A program made the translations under genes and the position numbers. Below, piece after piece: positions 15,900-27,547 of a stretch of 64,000 bases of DNA (position 1 is the first letter of the stretch; the number at the start of each line of letters is the position of its first letter). Origin of the DNA: Eimeria praecox. Lineage: Eukaryota. The notes under the pieces were generated by a model. The model saw nothing but the letters and a program-made list of their open reading frames with translations. It was not told the DNA's origin and made no database searches. Location: NCBI GenBank assembly GCA_963920595.1, contig OY986948.1:4092001-4156000 (forward strand), written 5' to 3'.

Positions 15900-18050
15900 A
15901 GTGGAATCAGTTCCCCAGAGAGAAAGGAGCGAGGAGGCTCCTATGCAGTGCAGAGGCACTGCAAGAAGCAACAGGGAAATGAATGCCCTCTGCGGCGACG
16001 GCCCCACGACGATCGCACTTTTGTGGGATTCGATCCAGCTAACACCCAAGAAACAGCAGAAGTGGACAATGTTAAAGAAGGAGCACACGGTTCTATACAA
16101 CGACAAGGAGGTTTCAGCGGGCCGGCCACTCGCTGGAAGCTCCTTCAACGTGGAGCAGCCCTTACCTTTGCTCCAAGGTGCCGGTGCCACTCACATGTCG
16201 AAGAGGAAAGCGAGCGGCAGGCTGATGAGCTGCTGGAAAAAGGCAAGCTTCAAGCTTCAACTAGCGCCTTCGCGTGCAATTCGATTTTGGTGGGAAAGAT
16301 GATGGGAGGTGGATCATGCGGATCAGCCACTCAAAAAAATTACTTTGAAACGGAAGCTCCGGGTGCCCCGGATCGACACTACTAAACAGCTGGCAGGTTT
16401 CAGCAGTTTACGCATCATCATCATCATCATCATCTGCCGATCATTTGGTTGCACTGATGCGTTTTTGCATATTCCAATATATCCCGGTGATAGACGCATG
16501 ACAGCATTCAATGCCCCCACACGCAAAATAGAGCACACATGTACTTCACTTGGGCTGGTAAATGCGCCTGCCGAAGTGCAGCAGCAGGTTAATGGCGGCT
16601 TTGTGGAGCCAATCAATGAGGCATGCATTTTTAATGCATGGATGATGTGCATAGGCTCGCCCACAATGCCAAGGATCCTTTAAGAGGAAATGCTTGGGAA
16701 TGACACAAACATGTTTCTTTTTCATAGAAGCAATCAGTTCCTTAGGCTTTGTGTCTGCGCAGGAGGATTCGAGCCAGACTTGACAGAGATAGGGGTCAAC
16801 CGGCCGCGGCCGCTACCCCTGTAGATTCGTACGGAAGTCCAAAAATTTCTCCGCCTCGCATTTTACTATGGCAGCTTAATCACTGAACTCGCTCGGTTCG
16901 ACACCGTTGCAGTAGATCTATTCAAGAAGGGGAAACAAATTATTTGGTCAGCGACTGAGGAAGAGGCTTTAAGAAGCGTCCTCCGACACCTGAGCTCGTC
17001 TCCGGTAGTCGAACCTCCTGACTTAGACAAACCATTCTTCCTAGCAGCCTACGAAAACAGCACCGTAGTTGGTAGGTTGCTCTCTCGAGAAACAAATCAC
17101 GGAAAGCACCAAGTAAATGCCTGTTACTCACGCTGTCACGACGAGAGGGCAGAAGCTTAGCCCTAGAAAGGGGGCTAGGAATGTTCTGACATTACATATA
17201 TGACAAGCACTTGACCGCTCAAACCGTCCCTTGATTCCTAACACACCTGAAGAAGAATCTTCAAGACTGCGCTATGAAACAGGTGTTCGGTAGCCTTACC
17301 GACGCACGCAGTACAGCTTCGTACTCATGTGTATCAAAGGTATCAGAACGTGGGCGCTGGCTCATTCTCTCGACTCCCCCCTTGTCAGACACTGTGCTCT
17401 GCAACAGCAATTGCTTGCGTTGGTCCCCCTTTCCTTTCTAAACTGCGTCCTTCATACTCAGTATATACTGACTCCGCTGCAGTTCTCGCTAAGCTCAACA
17501 GCAAGGGAGGGGTTAAGCGCAAGGCCGTCGACAGCGATCTCTTCGTTCTTATCAGACGAAGAAGATGCGCGCACCCAACCAGTTACACTTTCCAGCTGTA
17601 TTTTGCACTGAGGTTTTGCGTATAATGCACGATAATGCTTAAGCGGGGAATGAAGCTGTCAGCAGAGCGATGGAGCAGATGGGGAGGTACTTTGGGTGGC
17701 CTCGGATGAGCCCCTCAACACCGAAATTCGTCCTCACGCATCTGGAATGTCAGTAGTAGAGGATACGGAGTACTCGTGAAGCTGGCTTCTTGCATAATCA
17801 TCCTCCCAAACGAACATTTAGAGACATCTCGATAGACGTCAGAGTCTGTTCGCCAACGGCGAGAGACTGCGTCAGCATCAACGATACTGTGGATAGAATC
17901 AGCAAATACTCCCACTCTGTCCCTTGATCGGGCTCAAGTGCATTTGACGGAGTGGCCCAGTTACTCGCTTATCATCTCCAAAAGCTCTACGGTTCTCGGA
18001 AAACCAGTGAGACAGCAGCCGACGCCTCTGTCCAGCAACACCTGGCAAGG
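15900..18050 (+). mobile_element. Degenerate gypsy pol C: linker, reverse transcriptase, RNase H, integrase
   Basis: RT: ERQADELLEKGKLQASTSAF, VPRID, DAFLHIPIYPGDRRMTAF...LGLVNAPAEVQQQVN, FLRLAFYYGSLI...DLFKKG. RNase H: SVYTDS. Integrase zinc finger HDNA*AGNEAV...RYFGWPRM...KFV...CQ (~17628-17753) and core ISID...VDRISKYSH (~17825-17920). Domain order RT-RH-IN is gypsy type. Confidence 0.88.
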
Positions 18051-18359
18051 AGGCAAGACACGTGCTGCTTGGAGGAAAGGGGGCATGGGGCGCCATCGGC
18101 ATGTCTTGCCCTAAGCCAAGCTTGTACATGTAGTCCAACTTGCTAGTGAGAGCAAGGGACAGGTAAGAGCTTAACAACAGTTAGCAATATAGTTTACAGT
18201 GTAAGTAGTAAAAGAGGGACTGGCTAAGGTGCAGGCGGGCTGCCCTGCATCATTAAATGTAGACGTGAATTGAAGTTAATAACAGGCTGCTCCGCGTGCC
18301 AGGCCCTTCGAACGTCTTGCCCAGGAGGCCTGGTGTAATGAAAGCCCTCGACCTTAGTC

Positions 18360-19420
18360 AGGAACCGGCGTGAGCTGCAGTAGAGCCAAAAGCGTAAAGG
18401 GAGTGCTCACAAAAAGCACCTGGGATACGTCCCATCGTCTTTCCCTCCGGGGAACAGCAACGCAAGGGCTCAGACCTGGTGGGGGCAAGGGACGGCCTGC
18501 AGTTGGTTGCAATTATCGTTGCTGCCCCTACTGTTGTAAGGCAACCCCGCATGCATGTGCAACCAGCGCCCCTTAGCCACATGCACTAGCCGCCTACACG
18601 GTAGTGCCTTCTGTCCCTAAGCATTTACTTGATCCTCAATAGTCAGCCTGTGATCAAGCAGAGATACGAGTAAATGCGGCCTCCAACATTCTCCCGAGTG
18701 GCACATGAGCTGGTGTGCCGGAGAGTCTATGAGGGGAAAAAGGAAAGAATAAAAGCAAGAACAAGAAAAAAGGGGTGGCACGCATCCAGGAAAATGCTGG
18801 TGCCCTATGCTGCTGACTCGTAGCTCGCGACAGCCGGACCGCCTACTGGCATGGCCACAGGTTTGACAGGGTAATGCTGCAGTATGCGAGGGTTAAGAGC
18901 AGCTTTTCCTGCAGGTGCCTCTAAAGAAACGAAAATATGTTGGATGCTGCTGGCAGAACGTAGTGTACGAAAGCATATGAGCGGGGCCATCCCTCCATAA
19001 ATTCAGGCCCAGCACCAAAATACGGAAATAAAAGCAAATGTAAGCGGCGGCGCCGCCTGGCTAGTTGTATATAGAGGTAGCTACATAAATCATCAAGGGA
19101 AAACAATAAGAGCAGAAGAGCACTCATATACGTAAGTATGAGCACAAGTTTACTCTTTAATATGCAATACCCACCGAAAATTGAATAATATCACACACTT
19201 AAGTACGCTGCACATACCCACACTTGCTGTCACGCTCCCTGCATGGAGGAAACTGTTTGGAGGAATTGCTCCACTCAAGCAATCCTCAGAAATCACTCGA
19301 GTTGCGGGTACCTTGGCCTCTGAACATAATATTCACTTTTTTTATGGTCCGTCAGAGTCAATACCTGTCAGGATCTCCGTCGGTCCCACTTGCTCCTCGC
19401 AGCGGCATTGATGCCTTTTC
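18360..19420 (+). mobile_element. Degenerate gypsy fragment D: spacer module and integrase-core remnant
   Basis: Module motif KHLLDPQ (catttacttgatcctcaa, ~18622) is shared with 4558 and 21899. HNIHFFYGPSESIPVR (~19325-19370) resembles the integrase GxPxSI segment. Confidence 0.5.
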
Positions 19421-19699
19421 TTGTTGAGAGTTAGGGGAAATTTAAGTGACTCCACAAACCTCTAGAGGAAATCAATAATGATAGTATGGTAACAGCTCCA
19501 CCGCAAGGGTAAGCTTGCTATGCACATATTAACCCGAAAACAAACACAGAAGCGCTCTACTGATTGCGTAGCAAACTTCTTCGACTACCCGTTCTTCAGA
19601 GCGATCCAAAGAGGATGAAAACCCACTAGATGCAAGTCTCCTGGGTTGACCGTTGCTGCGGAATGTCATTTGCTATAGTTTCTTGCCTGGAGTTCTTAT

Positions 19700-21045
19700 G
19701 CCGTCTTCACGCATTTCGTAGCTACTGAAAACTGAGTATAGATGCACCCGGTTACCGCTCGATTTCTGCTTCACGCTGTGGGGGCAGCCAGCATATTGGA
19801 GGAAAACCTGAAGCTCCTCCACCAGTTAGTTCGAAGCAGTGAATTAAGGGCCCAGCTGGCGGGTGGCCTTCTAGAGACTCCTTGCCACAACGGAGAATTG
19901 TTCCTTCGCATTGTCCACTTCTGTTGGTCCTCGAATGTTAGCTGAACCGAATCCCCCCCAACACCGGTCTTCGTAGGACCACCACGACGGAGCGCAGTGC
20001 CTCTGCTCTGCGTAGGAAGCCCGACGTTCCTTTCTCCTTCAGACACTGATTCCATTACTCTTATAGTAGAGGTAGCTAGTGCCCGCTGGTGGGTGCAGTC
20101 TCGCACTGTTTTCCCAGTGGCCCTTGGAGGCCATCTGCGCGTCTTCCACTGAATCACCAACGCAATGCTTATGGCTATGTCGAGGTGAACTGGTCTTGCG
20201 CAAAAGTTTCATGTTATGGTAATATTACTCACTTTTGAATAAGGATAGCATTTTACTCTAGTTCCACAGATTCTCGCATCCCATCTGCCAGTAGCAATCG
20301 TAGAGACTATTCCAGCGAATAACCGGGCAGGCTGCTGGTCCTCGCTGTAGTCTCAGGCATCAGCTCTGCTTCGTAGCCTGCGTCCAAATACGCTAGCAAC
20401 TTCTGGTCACTAATACGAACTTATCTAAGAACTGCGTTGGGCGGAAGAGGATATACTAGTGCGGCTGTCATTTCCTGCAGCCCCACTACTGCGCCGAACC
20501 TTGCTTGGAGGCCCGGGAGTTTTCCTTTTCCTTCCGTTTTCCCCTGCAGGCGCTGCTGGACCTCCTGCTTCTCCTCTTCCTTAGCCTATCTCATACATAT
20601 GCAGTCTAGGATTATATGACCTTGTTTGTTGCAAAAGAAGCCCCTTCAGTGCGTCCTTCTTGCTTTCTGGGTGCCGAATACGCCGGCTGTCGGTTAATAC
20701 TCCAAGTCCCTTTCTAGGCTGGTCTGACATTTACAGGCCCTGTATCCACAGGCTGCACATCTGAGTCGTTTCTAAAACCCTTTTGGTTCTCAAGTAGGGA
20801 TGCGAAAGTAGCGCCTCTTCTGTCTTTTATTCGAAGGCAGTCAATGATCTCGTCAAGGTCACCCGTCCCATCCCTTAGTTCCCTATTTGCCGCCCAGCTT
20901 GGAACCGATTACCCTACTATGAACCGAATACATAGAACCTCCCGGCCCGCTGTTAGGCTTCTGTTCACCAGTGACGATGTAAAGTTCTACCAACAGCTTC
21001 CCTTGCTTAAATTTTCTTTGTTCTGCCTTAGCCTATTCCCTTGCA
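19700..21045 (-). mobile_element. Degenerate gypsy fragment E: gag, protease, linker, start of RT
   Basis: 20460-20570 is the reverse-complement homologue of gag at 3815-3925. LDIAISIALVIQWK matches HDIILGMLRVAQWK in A. DSVQLTFEDQQKWTM matches DSIQLTPKKQQKWTM in C. EAEIER marks the RT start. Confidence 0.75.
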
Positions 21046-21059
21046 GACCTCGGGACAAG

Positions 21060-22560
21060 CCTGTACCACAGAGCACCGCTCAAGTCCAGCATGGTTCTGA
21101 TGCTCCTGGATAAAGCGGAAGTTCTGTTTAATCTAGGTGTAGCCACAATCAACGCACACCCCCTTTCAATAGAGAAGATGGCAATGCCAATTTTAGACCA
21201 TCTAGTGCGTTTTAGAGGCGAAGGCATAAGCCGAGGGAACCAAGGAAGCCTTCTATTGCCTCTGTACCTTGGCGCCTGTCATTATCTGGATGGTCGGCAG
21301 AGGCGGTGGCAATTTCTATGATCAGCTGACTTTCAGCCCGATGGGGTGAGGAAATGGAGGTTGTTTCTGCTAGGCGAGCATGCTCACCGTGGACTATCTC
21401 CCAATTCGTGGGCAGACTATGATCAGTATGCATTATGCAATAATGAAGTGTTGGGATTCTGAGAAAGATCTCCAGAAAACAAGTCCAGGCTTTCCCTTTG
21501 ATTTTTCTTCTTTCTGTCAATTATGCTACAAACTACGCCGCCCTTCTGCGGGGATGAGACTTATTGCTTTCACGTGCCCCGATGAACCATGTAGTGCTAT
21601 CAAGCGTAACGAGAATCCTCGATCTTAGTCGTAGATACTCCTGCGCTGCAATGGAGTCCAAGGCTTGAAGAAAGGGTTCGCAAAAAGTAGCTGACCTCCT
21701 CTCCAGCATCCTGGTTTCCTGGGCACATCTGCCTAAGGGGCTAGGCTAGTGGGGGTACATGTACGCCTGCAGTAGGCTGGAATGCACCTTGCTGCAGCTA
21801 GTGATGCAGGGCAGCCCCACACACATGCACAGCCACTCACCCTAAACCTTTTCTGGATGCGCTAGCACTGCAAGACTGCGGTGTAAACTATTTCTTAACA
21901 CTTACCTGGTCCTCTACATTCAGTCTACGAGCAAGTATGGAGACGAGTACCAATAGCGGCAGAGTGTGCTGCAAGCAGTAGAGGGAAATCTTTGCGGAAT
22001 AGGGAAAGGCTTGGGGAATATGCTTTCCAAAAGCAGGTGCCCTCCCTACCAGCCTCCAGGAGTCCTGTGCACGGCAGAGCAAGGCCCTCGCCCTGGTGTG
22101 GAAATCATTCTACCTGTCATGAGCTACAACGCGCCTTCTTGCACCTAGTGCTGCAAGACAGCGCCACGTGCCCGCACAGCCAGTCCCCTTCCTTCTGCAT
22201 GCGCTAGCATACCAAACTGAAGTGTAGACTGTCGCTAAACACTTCCATGCCTATTAATATTCAGCCCGCCAGAGATACACGATTACCTAGACCACGCAGA
22301 TCAAGCTACACTGCAGACCTGCAGACCCCTACAGGAGCACAAGCTTGCGGGATGAATTCCCATCATAGCCTGCAGTTGCCTCCCAGCAATAAAGTGCACA
22401 CTGACGAGATGAACATTATTCGTATACAAGCACAGCTTCTGCGGAGAGTAACCAGTCTCGCGGAGAAGCGCACAAGACATCCATCAAAAAAGCTAAGACA
22501 ACGGTGTGTGTCAAGCGTTTTCAGCGGAAATATAAGGCTACATGCGTAGAAGAAATAGAG
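21060..22560 (+). mobile_element. Degenerate gypsy fragment F: RNase H, tandem spacer modules, possible integrase N-terminus
   Basis: VLMLLDK, HYLDGRQRRW and GVRKWRLFLLGE are RNase H-like. Tandem repeat with atgcgctagca at ~21857 and ~22199. Confidence 0.68.
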
Positions 22561-23502
22561 GCAATCCTCCTAGTTAGTCTTTGTGCTCCTCACAAGCGAA
22601 TTAGGGAGGTTAACATTTGCACGGAAAATTGCGAGAAGGGGTCTGTTTCAACTGATCGGGTGACGGTAATACAATGAACATGGTACCGACTGCGTGGAAT
22701 AATGCTGTGCCAAAGCTGGCACTTTTGATTCTTACCAACCACTATAATTAGAAGAAAACAACACACACTCTTTCTCTAGAAGCCGTATTCGTGCATGAAC
22801 TTTACATCTCCTAAGCTTTTGCGACTGACAGCCCCCGACATCTCCCGCAATCTTCCGGCGCGGAATGCAAGAAAGCTGCCAGCTACATGGGCTTCTTCCC
22901 AATAGCAATCATAATTTAGGGTGTAACTGCCTTTTTTTCTCGTCTGTTGCCTCATCAGACGAATCTATGCCTGTAGAAAGACAACCGGCTCCCCCTTTAC
23001 CGACGGACAGACACCTACGAGTATCCTCGAATAGGAGGCCGATAGCCAGCTATTTCGGCCATTTCAGTGCGATCGGCACATTTAGCACTAAAGAGGGATG
23101 ACCCTCTTTACGTCATTTACTGGGAATTAAAGCCTTATTTGCTCTCTCCTCACTCTTCCATGGTGCCCCCGGCGTACCCTACTCCAGTTGACGCTAGCAT
23201 GGCGGCCGCGGGCAAGCAGCATCGCAAGGCAGTGCAGCCGAACTACCACCCAAGCGTAAATCAACAGTATGCAGCGGAGGTATGACGGCAGCAGCTGTTA
23301 ATATGCGGATTCCTCTCTTGGTCGCGAGCACGCGGCCGTGATTTGCCCAGGGCCACACGTGTTTTCTCGCCTGTGCACCCATCTACATATTGCGCCTTCC
23401 TTCCCAATAGCTACACTTTGGCCTATATCTGGTGGGTATTATATTACCAAGAAGGGGGGTGGAAAGGTGTGTCTGCTCTCCGTGCGTGAACAGGAGGAAC
23501 AG

Positions 23503-26500
23503 ATGGCGCTGAAGGATTTGTTGCAGCAATTGCACGTCGTCGTGGAGGATCTGGCTGCGTTGGATGGATCCCTTACATCTCTCTTTGAAACTGCACCGAA
23601 CACGGATGTAACGGAACACCAGCAGCTGGTCCAGGTATGGCTTGCCCTCCATGATATCATCTCCCAGTTGTACTCCTTCGGCATGGCGAGTATGTTCCAC
23701 CCTGCCTGTTAGGCCATTGAGGGATCCCTCTATACATCTGGGCAGTGCGAGCTATCTGACTTCAGTTCCGAAGCCGCGTCGCGCGACGTATAACTCGCTA
23801 CGGGCAGCTTGCGAAGAACTTGGCCCAAATTGTTGAGAAGATCCTTTCCTATAGCGCCGCTCAATCCACAGACGATCAACGTTATCGAGAATCGTTTCAC
23901 CCCAGGCAGCTGCATGAACTCGACGCTCTACTGAAGCAGCACCAGCAACGCCTGCAGAAGTACGCAGGCGCACTAGCGCTCTCCCACAGCACGATCACCC
24001 ACTATTGTTACTGGGGACTGTGCTAGCTCTCAGTGAACTAAGAGCCTTTTACTTGTAGGGCTCAATGGCTTATATGCCTACAGTACGAAGTGCTTTTTGC
24101 ATAGCTGTATACGTCTGTAGGTGGATTTTTACATGCACAGCTGCACAGCTTGGTGGTGGTCGTTATGTCTACACATGCGTATACGGGTATTCGTTTGCAC
24201 GGGCCTGTATTCCTGTGCATGCATGCATATTAACGCTTTTGCATATTCGTATGCCTACATGCGTGTTGTGCGTACGCTTATGGGCATTTTTACTTGCAGG
24301 GATGTGTGTGCGTGCTTGTGTGAACTTGTGTGCGTGCGCGGTATGTTTGTATTTGCTTGCCCAATTAACGGGATATCCCATGCTTCCCTTTGCCTTTGCG
24401 CATGGTTAGGTGTTTCTGTCGGCGCTTTGTTTGCCTCTACGAGTGCAGGTACAAATCGCAGTTCGCTGCCTGGTGGCAGAATACTGAGCGACACTTCCAC
24501 ACAATGCGTATGGCCAATTTCGTATGTTCCGTTCAGGAGAGGTAGGCGATCGCGCACTCAGTCCTGTCTAAAGAAACTTCATAGACTGAAACGGCACATA
24601 TATTCACGTGGATGCTCCTTCTTCCTCTTTAATTTGCCGGTGCGCTGTTTTGCGTTTCAGGGCACAGACTTCATTAGGCTTGTCTGCGAGAGATGGACCT
24701 CCCGGAGGTCCATCGCGCAGCGCTGGCCCCCGCCTAGAGCCTGTTCGAGCTAAGGCAACTACTGGGGAGCAGCTGGCCTCTGGCGGCGGATCCCAGAATC
24801 AACAAGAGGGTGCTTCTCTCAACACAGCAGCGGTGCCGAGGCCCGTCCAAGTTCAGCCCCAGAGCCAGCAGCTGCTCCAGGAGACGGGACAGGCTATGGC
24901 CAAGGAAGTCCAACGCATGCGCGCCACGCAAGAGCAACTGCAACAGTCGTCAAGCGCCCTCGAACAGACAGAGGCATCTTACAACGGTCAGACACGTGCC
25001 ACAAACCATCACAGTCCAACACAGCCTCGATTCAACACCGTACAGGCATATTAAGTACCGTTTGTTGCTGCATAGACAAAATAGTGAGTGAAGTTGCAGC
25101 CTTTCGGCCTTCACGGGTAACAGTACAAGGGGCTGCAGGGGTGTTTCGGGGGTGTAGTTACGGGTCGGGGTTCAGGATGCATCTGTCTGGACGCGTGAGA
25201 TTGTACGCATCGCACCCATGTTTGTGTCCTTTTTGCCAAACTCTGGGTAAAGTGCGTGCAAGGCAGTGCCTTCTGTTCTGTGAATGCCGTTGATCCCCAT
25301 ACACTTGGTGGATATTTCGAAATGTGCCCAAACTACCGCATGCAAACCATAGTCGGAGGAGTCTGGTCTCTGGGACAAGGGGCTTCTCTACGGCTGCAGG
25401 CTCTGAACCGGATTGAAAAGAATTTATCTGTTCAGCGGTAGGGAGTGGTGTGGGGCTGGCGGGTTGGCTTGTGGGTATGACAGAAGTAGAAGGGCCTAGG
25501 GGTGCAGGACAGAGTGTCGCCTGCCGCTGCTACTGCTTCTACTGATGTTGCAGTCTTTGGCTCGCGACTTTCCAGCGCAACAGGGATGCTGCAGGCTTTG
25601 AAAAAGAGGTACACTGCCCCTCGGATGCGCATCCAGCCGCATCTCAGCTTTCCGCGGGGTCTTAGGGGAGAACAGCAGAGAGCAACAGAGCAAGCGTAGT
25701 TGCAGAAGGGAGGACTTAAGAGGAGACGGAGGAGAGTCAGCAGCATGTGCTAGCATGCCCGTTTGCATGTTTAGTAAAGCCTACTTCGGGCCAAGGGCTG
25801 CCTGCAGCAGCGCCGCAGAACGCCCTTACTTAGAAAGCGCGCAGGGAAGACAGCGGAACGTCTGTCCCAGCTTAGCGCGCATGTGTCAACGCTTATGTGG
25901 AGTCTTGTATTTCCCCCATCAGCACAGTGATATGCAGTTTCCGCTGCATTTAAAAGCTGAGTGGGTGCAAGGTTGAGGCAACCGTCTGCTCGCGGGGCGT
26001 ATATGTGTTCGTGTTTCTCATTGTGGTCTCGTTTACTCGCGTATGTTGGTGCAGTTTACCCACCTGAGTGTCCATTTCTCTAAAGGGCGAGCTGCGGGCT
26101 CTCAGGCGTTCCTGCATTTCCCTTTGTTTGGATCAACTTTGGTGGACAGTCTTGCGCCAGTAAAAACGGTACCTGTTGCGGCCTACGGCAAAGTCGGACG
26201 CATGGCATTTCCCGTTGCCACGGCGCAGGCCTGCGGCCAGTTAAAATGCTTTAGAGTGTGAATATACTCGCCGTGATTGGGGGCATTCTTGGCCTGGCTT
26301 CTGATTCACTGCGCAGGAGACAGGACGGAGAGATCCAAATGGCCCGTTTGTCGCAACACCAGATTTTGTGTTTTATTTGCTGCCTAGGCGCCTGTGACGG
26401 CCTCTGTCTTTTCATTTCATGAGATAGACAAAGTATTTGGCGCCTACACAGCCTGTGCTTGCCATATTTATTTATTTGCGGTGACTAGGATAAACAAAGT

Positions 26501-27547
26501 AGAGGACTTCAACGATAGATTGGACGGGAGTAAGTTCGCCCAACAACGGCTGCAGCTGCCATTGGCTATCTGTCTTTCTTCTGCATGCGTTACAGGTCTG
26601 CGACTGATTCAGAGCTTATTTGGCTCGCGTTCCTCTTCTTCTTGGGGTGCTGCGCATTCGTCTTGCTGAGACGTCTGGGGCTTTTAAAGCTTGTAATGGG
26701 AGTACGCTTTTGCTTGCCTTAATGCGCTCAAGCCTTCATAGATACGCCATAAAGCCATGGCATGGGGCCTTCCTCGCTTGTCTTGCTGGATAGTGACTAG
26801 TGACTAGAGTTGCCAAAGGCCTCAAATATGCTGCGCACTACTTGATGCACTTTCCGCTTGAAGCTTATGCGCAACGGTGCCTGTTGAGGTTGGACCTTCA
26901 CTATGCTTCAGGTGACCTCTTTCTCGCTGCGGCATTCAATATCTCTGGCTCTGGGGATAGCGGACCGGGCTGTGCTGATTTTGGCTTGGCTATGGGAGGG
27001 TTGGTTCATGGGGACTAAATCATCTGATGAGCCCATGGAGACGACAGCCGCTCAGACTTTAAGCGTCCCTATTGAATCATTTGTATCTGTAAAAACGCAG
27101 GCTGTATCTGAGCTGCTTGCAACTTCTGCTGCCACTGTTATCGCTGCAGCTTCTGCCCCCGCCAGAAGTGACGCAGCTCGCGAGGCTGAGGTACCCCGCA
27201 GTGTCTTTCCAGCAGGGTTACCAGAAGGTACGCAAAAAGAAGCTTCAGCGCAGAGAACCAACCGTTTTACAATGACAGGTCTGAAGACAGGGGAACCGTT
27301 GAAGGAAATGCAGCACGCCTATATGCAGCAACACGAGGAAAGGGGCAGCCAATTCAAACAAGCTGCTGTGCACTCGTCAATTAAAGACAAATACAAGCAC
27401 CACAAGGAACCTCAATCAGACGAATTCTTAGAAGAAACACCAGCAGTGGCAAGGAACGCCGCGGCAATTACCCAACGAAAGATTCTCCATGGAGGGAGTT
27501 CCTCCGACAACTTGAAGAGGCCTTCCGTTGCTGCGCGTCAGCAGTAG
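23503..27547 (+). CDS. SEC20: Sec20-like ER SNARE (exons ~23503-23634, 23768-23959, 24449-24541, 24661-24986, 25554-25608, 26596-26692, 26912-27547)
   Basis: Phase-consistent GT-AG exons give LQETGQAMAKEVQRMRATQEQLQQSSSALEQTEASYN|VFGSRLSSATGMLQALKKR|SATDSELIWLAFLFFLGCCAFVLLRRLG. This fits the Sec20 coiled coil plus transmembrane helix. Confidence 0.78.

Noticed and set aside
21955..22010. NUDIX-box-like SVLQAV/REIFAE*G in the spacer module
   Set aside because: Needs a frameshift and is not conserved in the other module copies.
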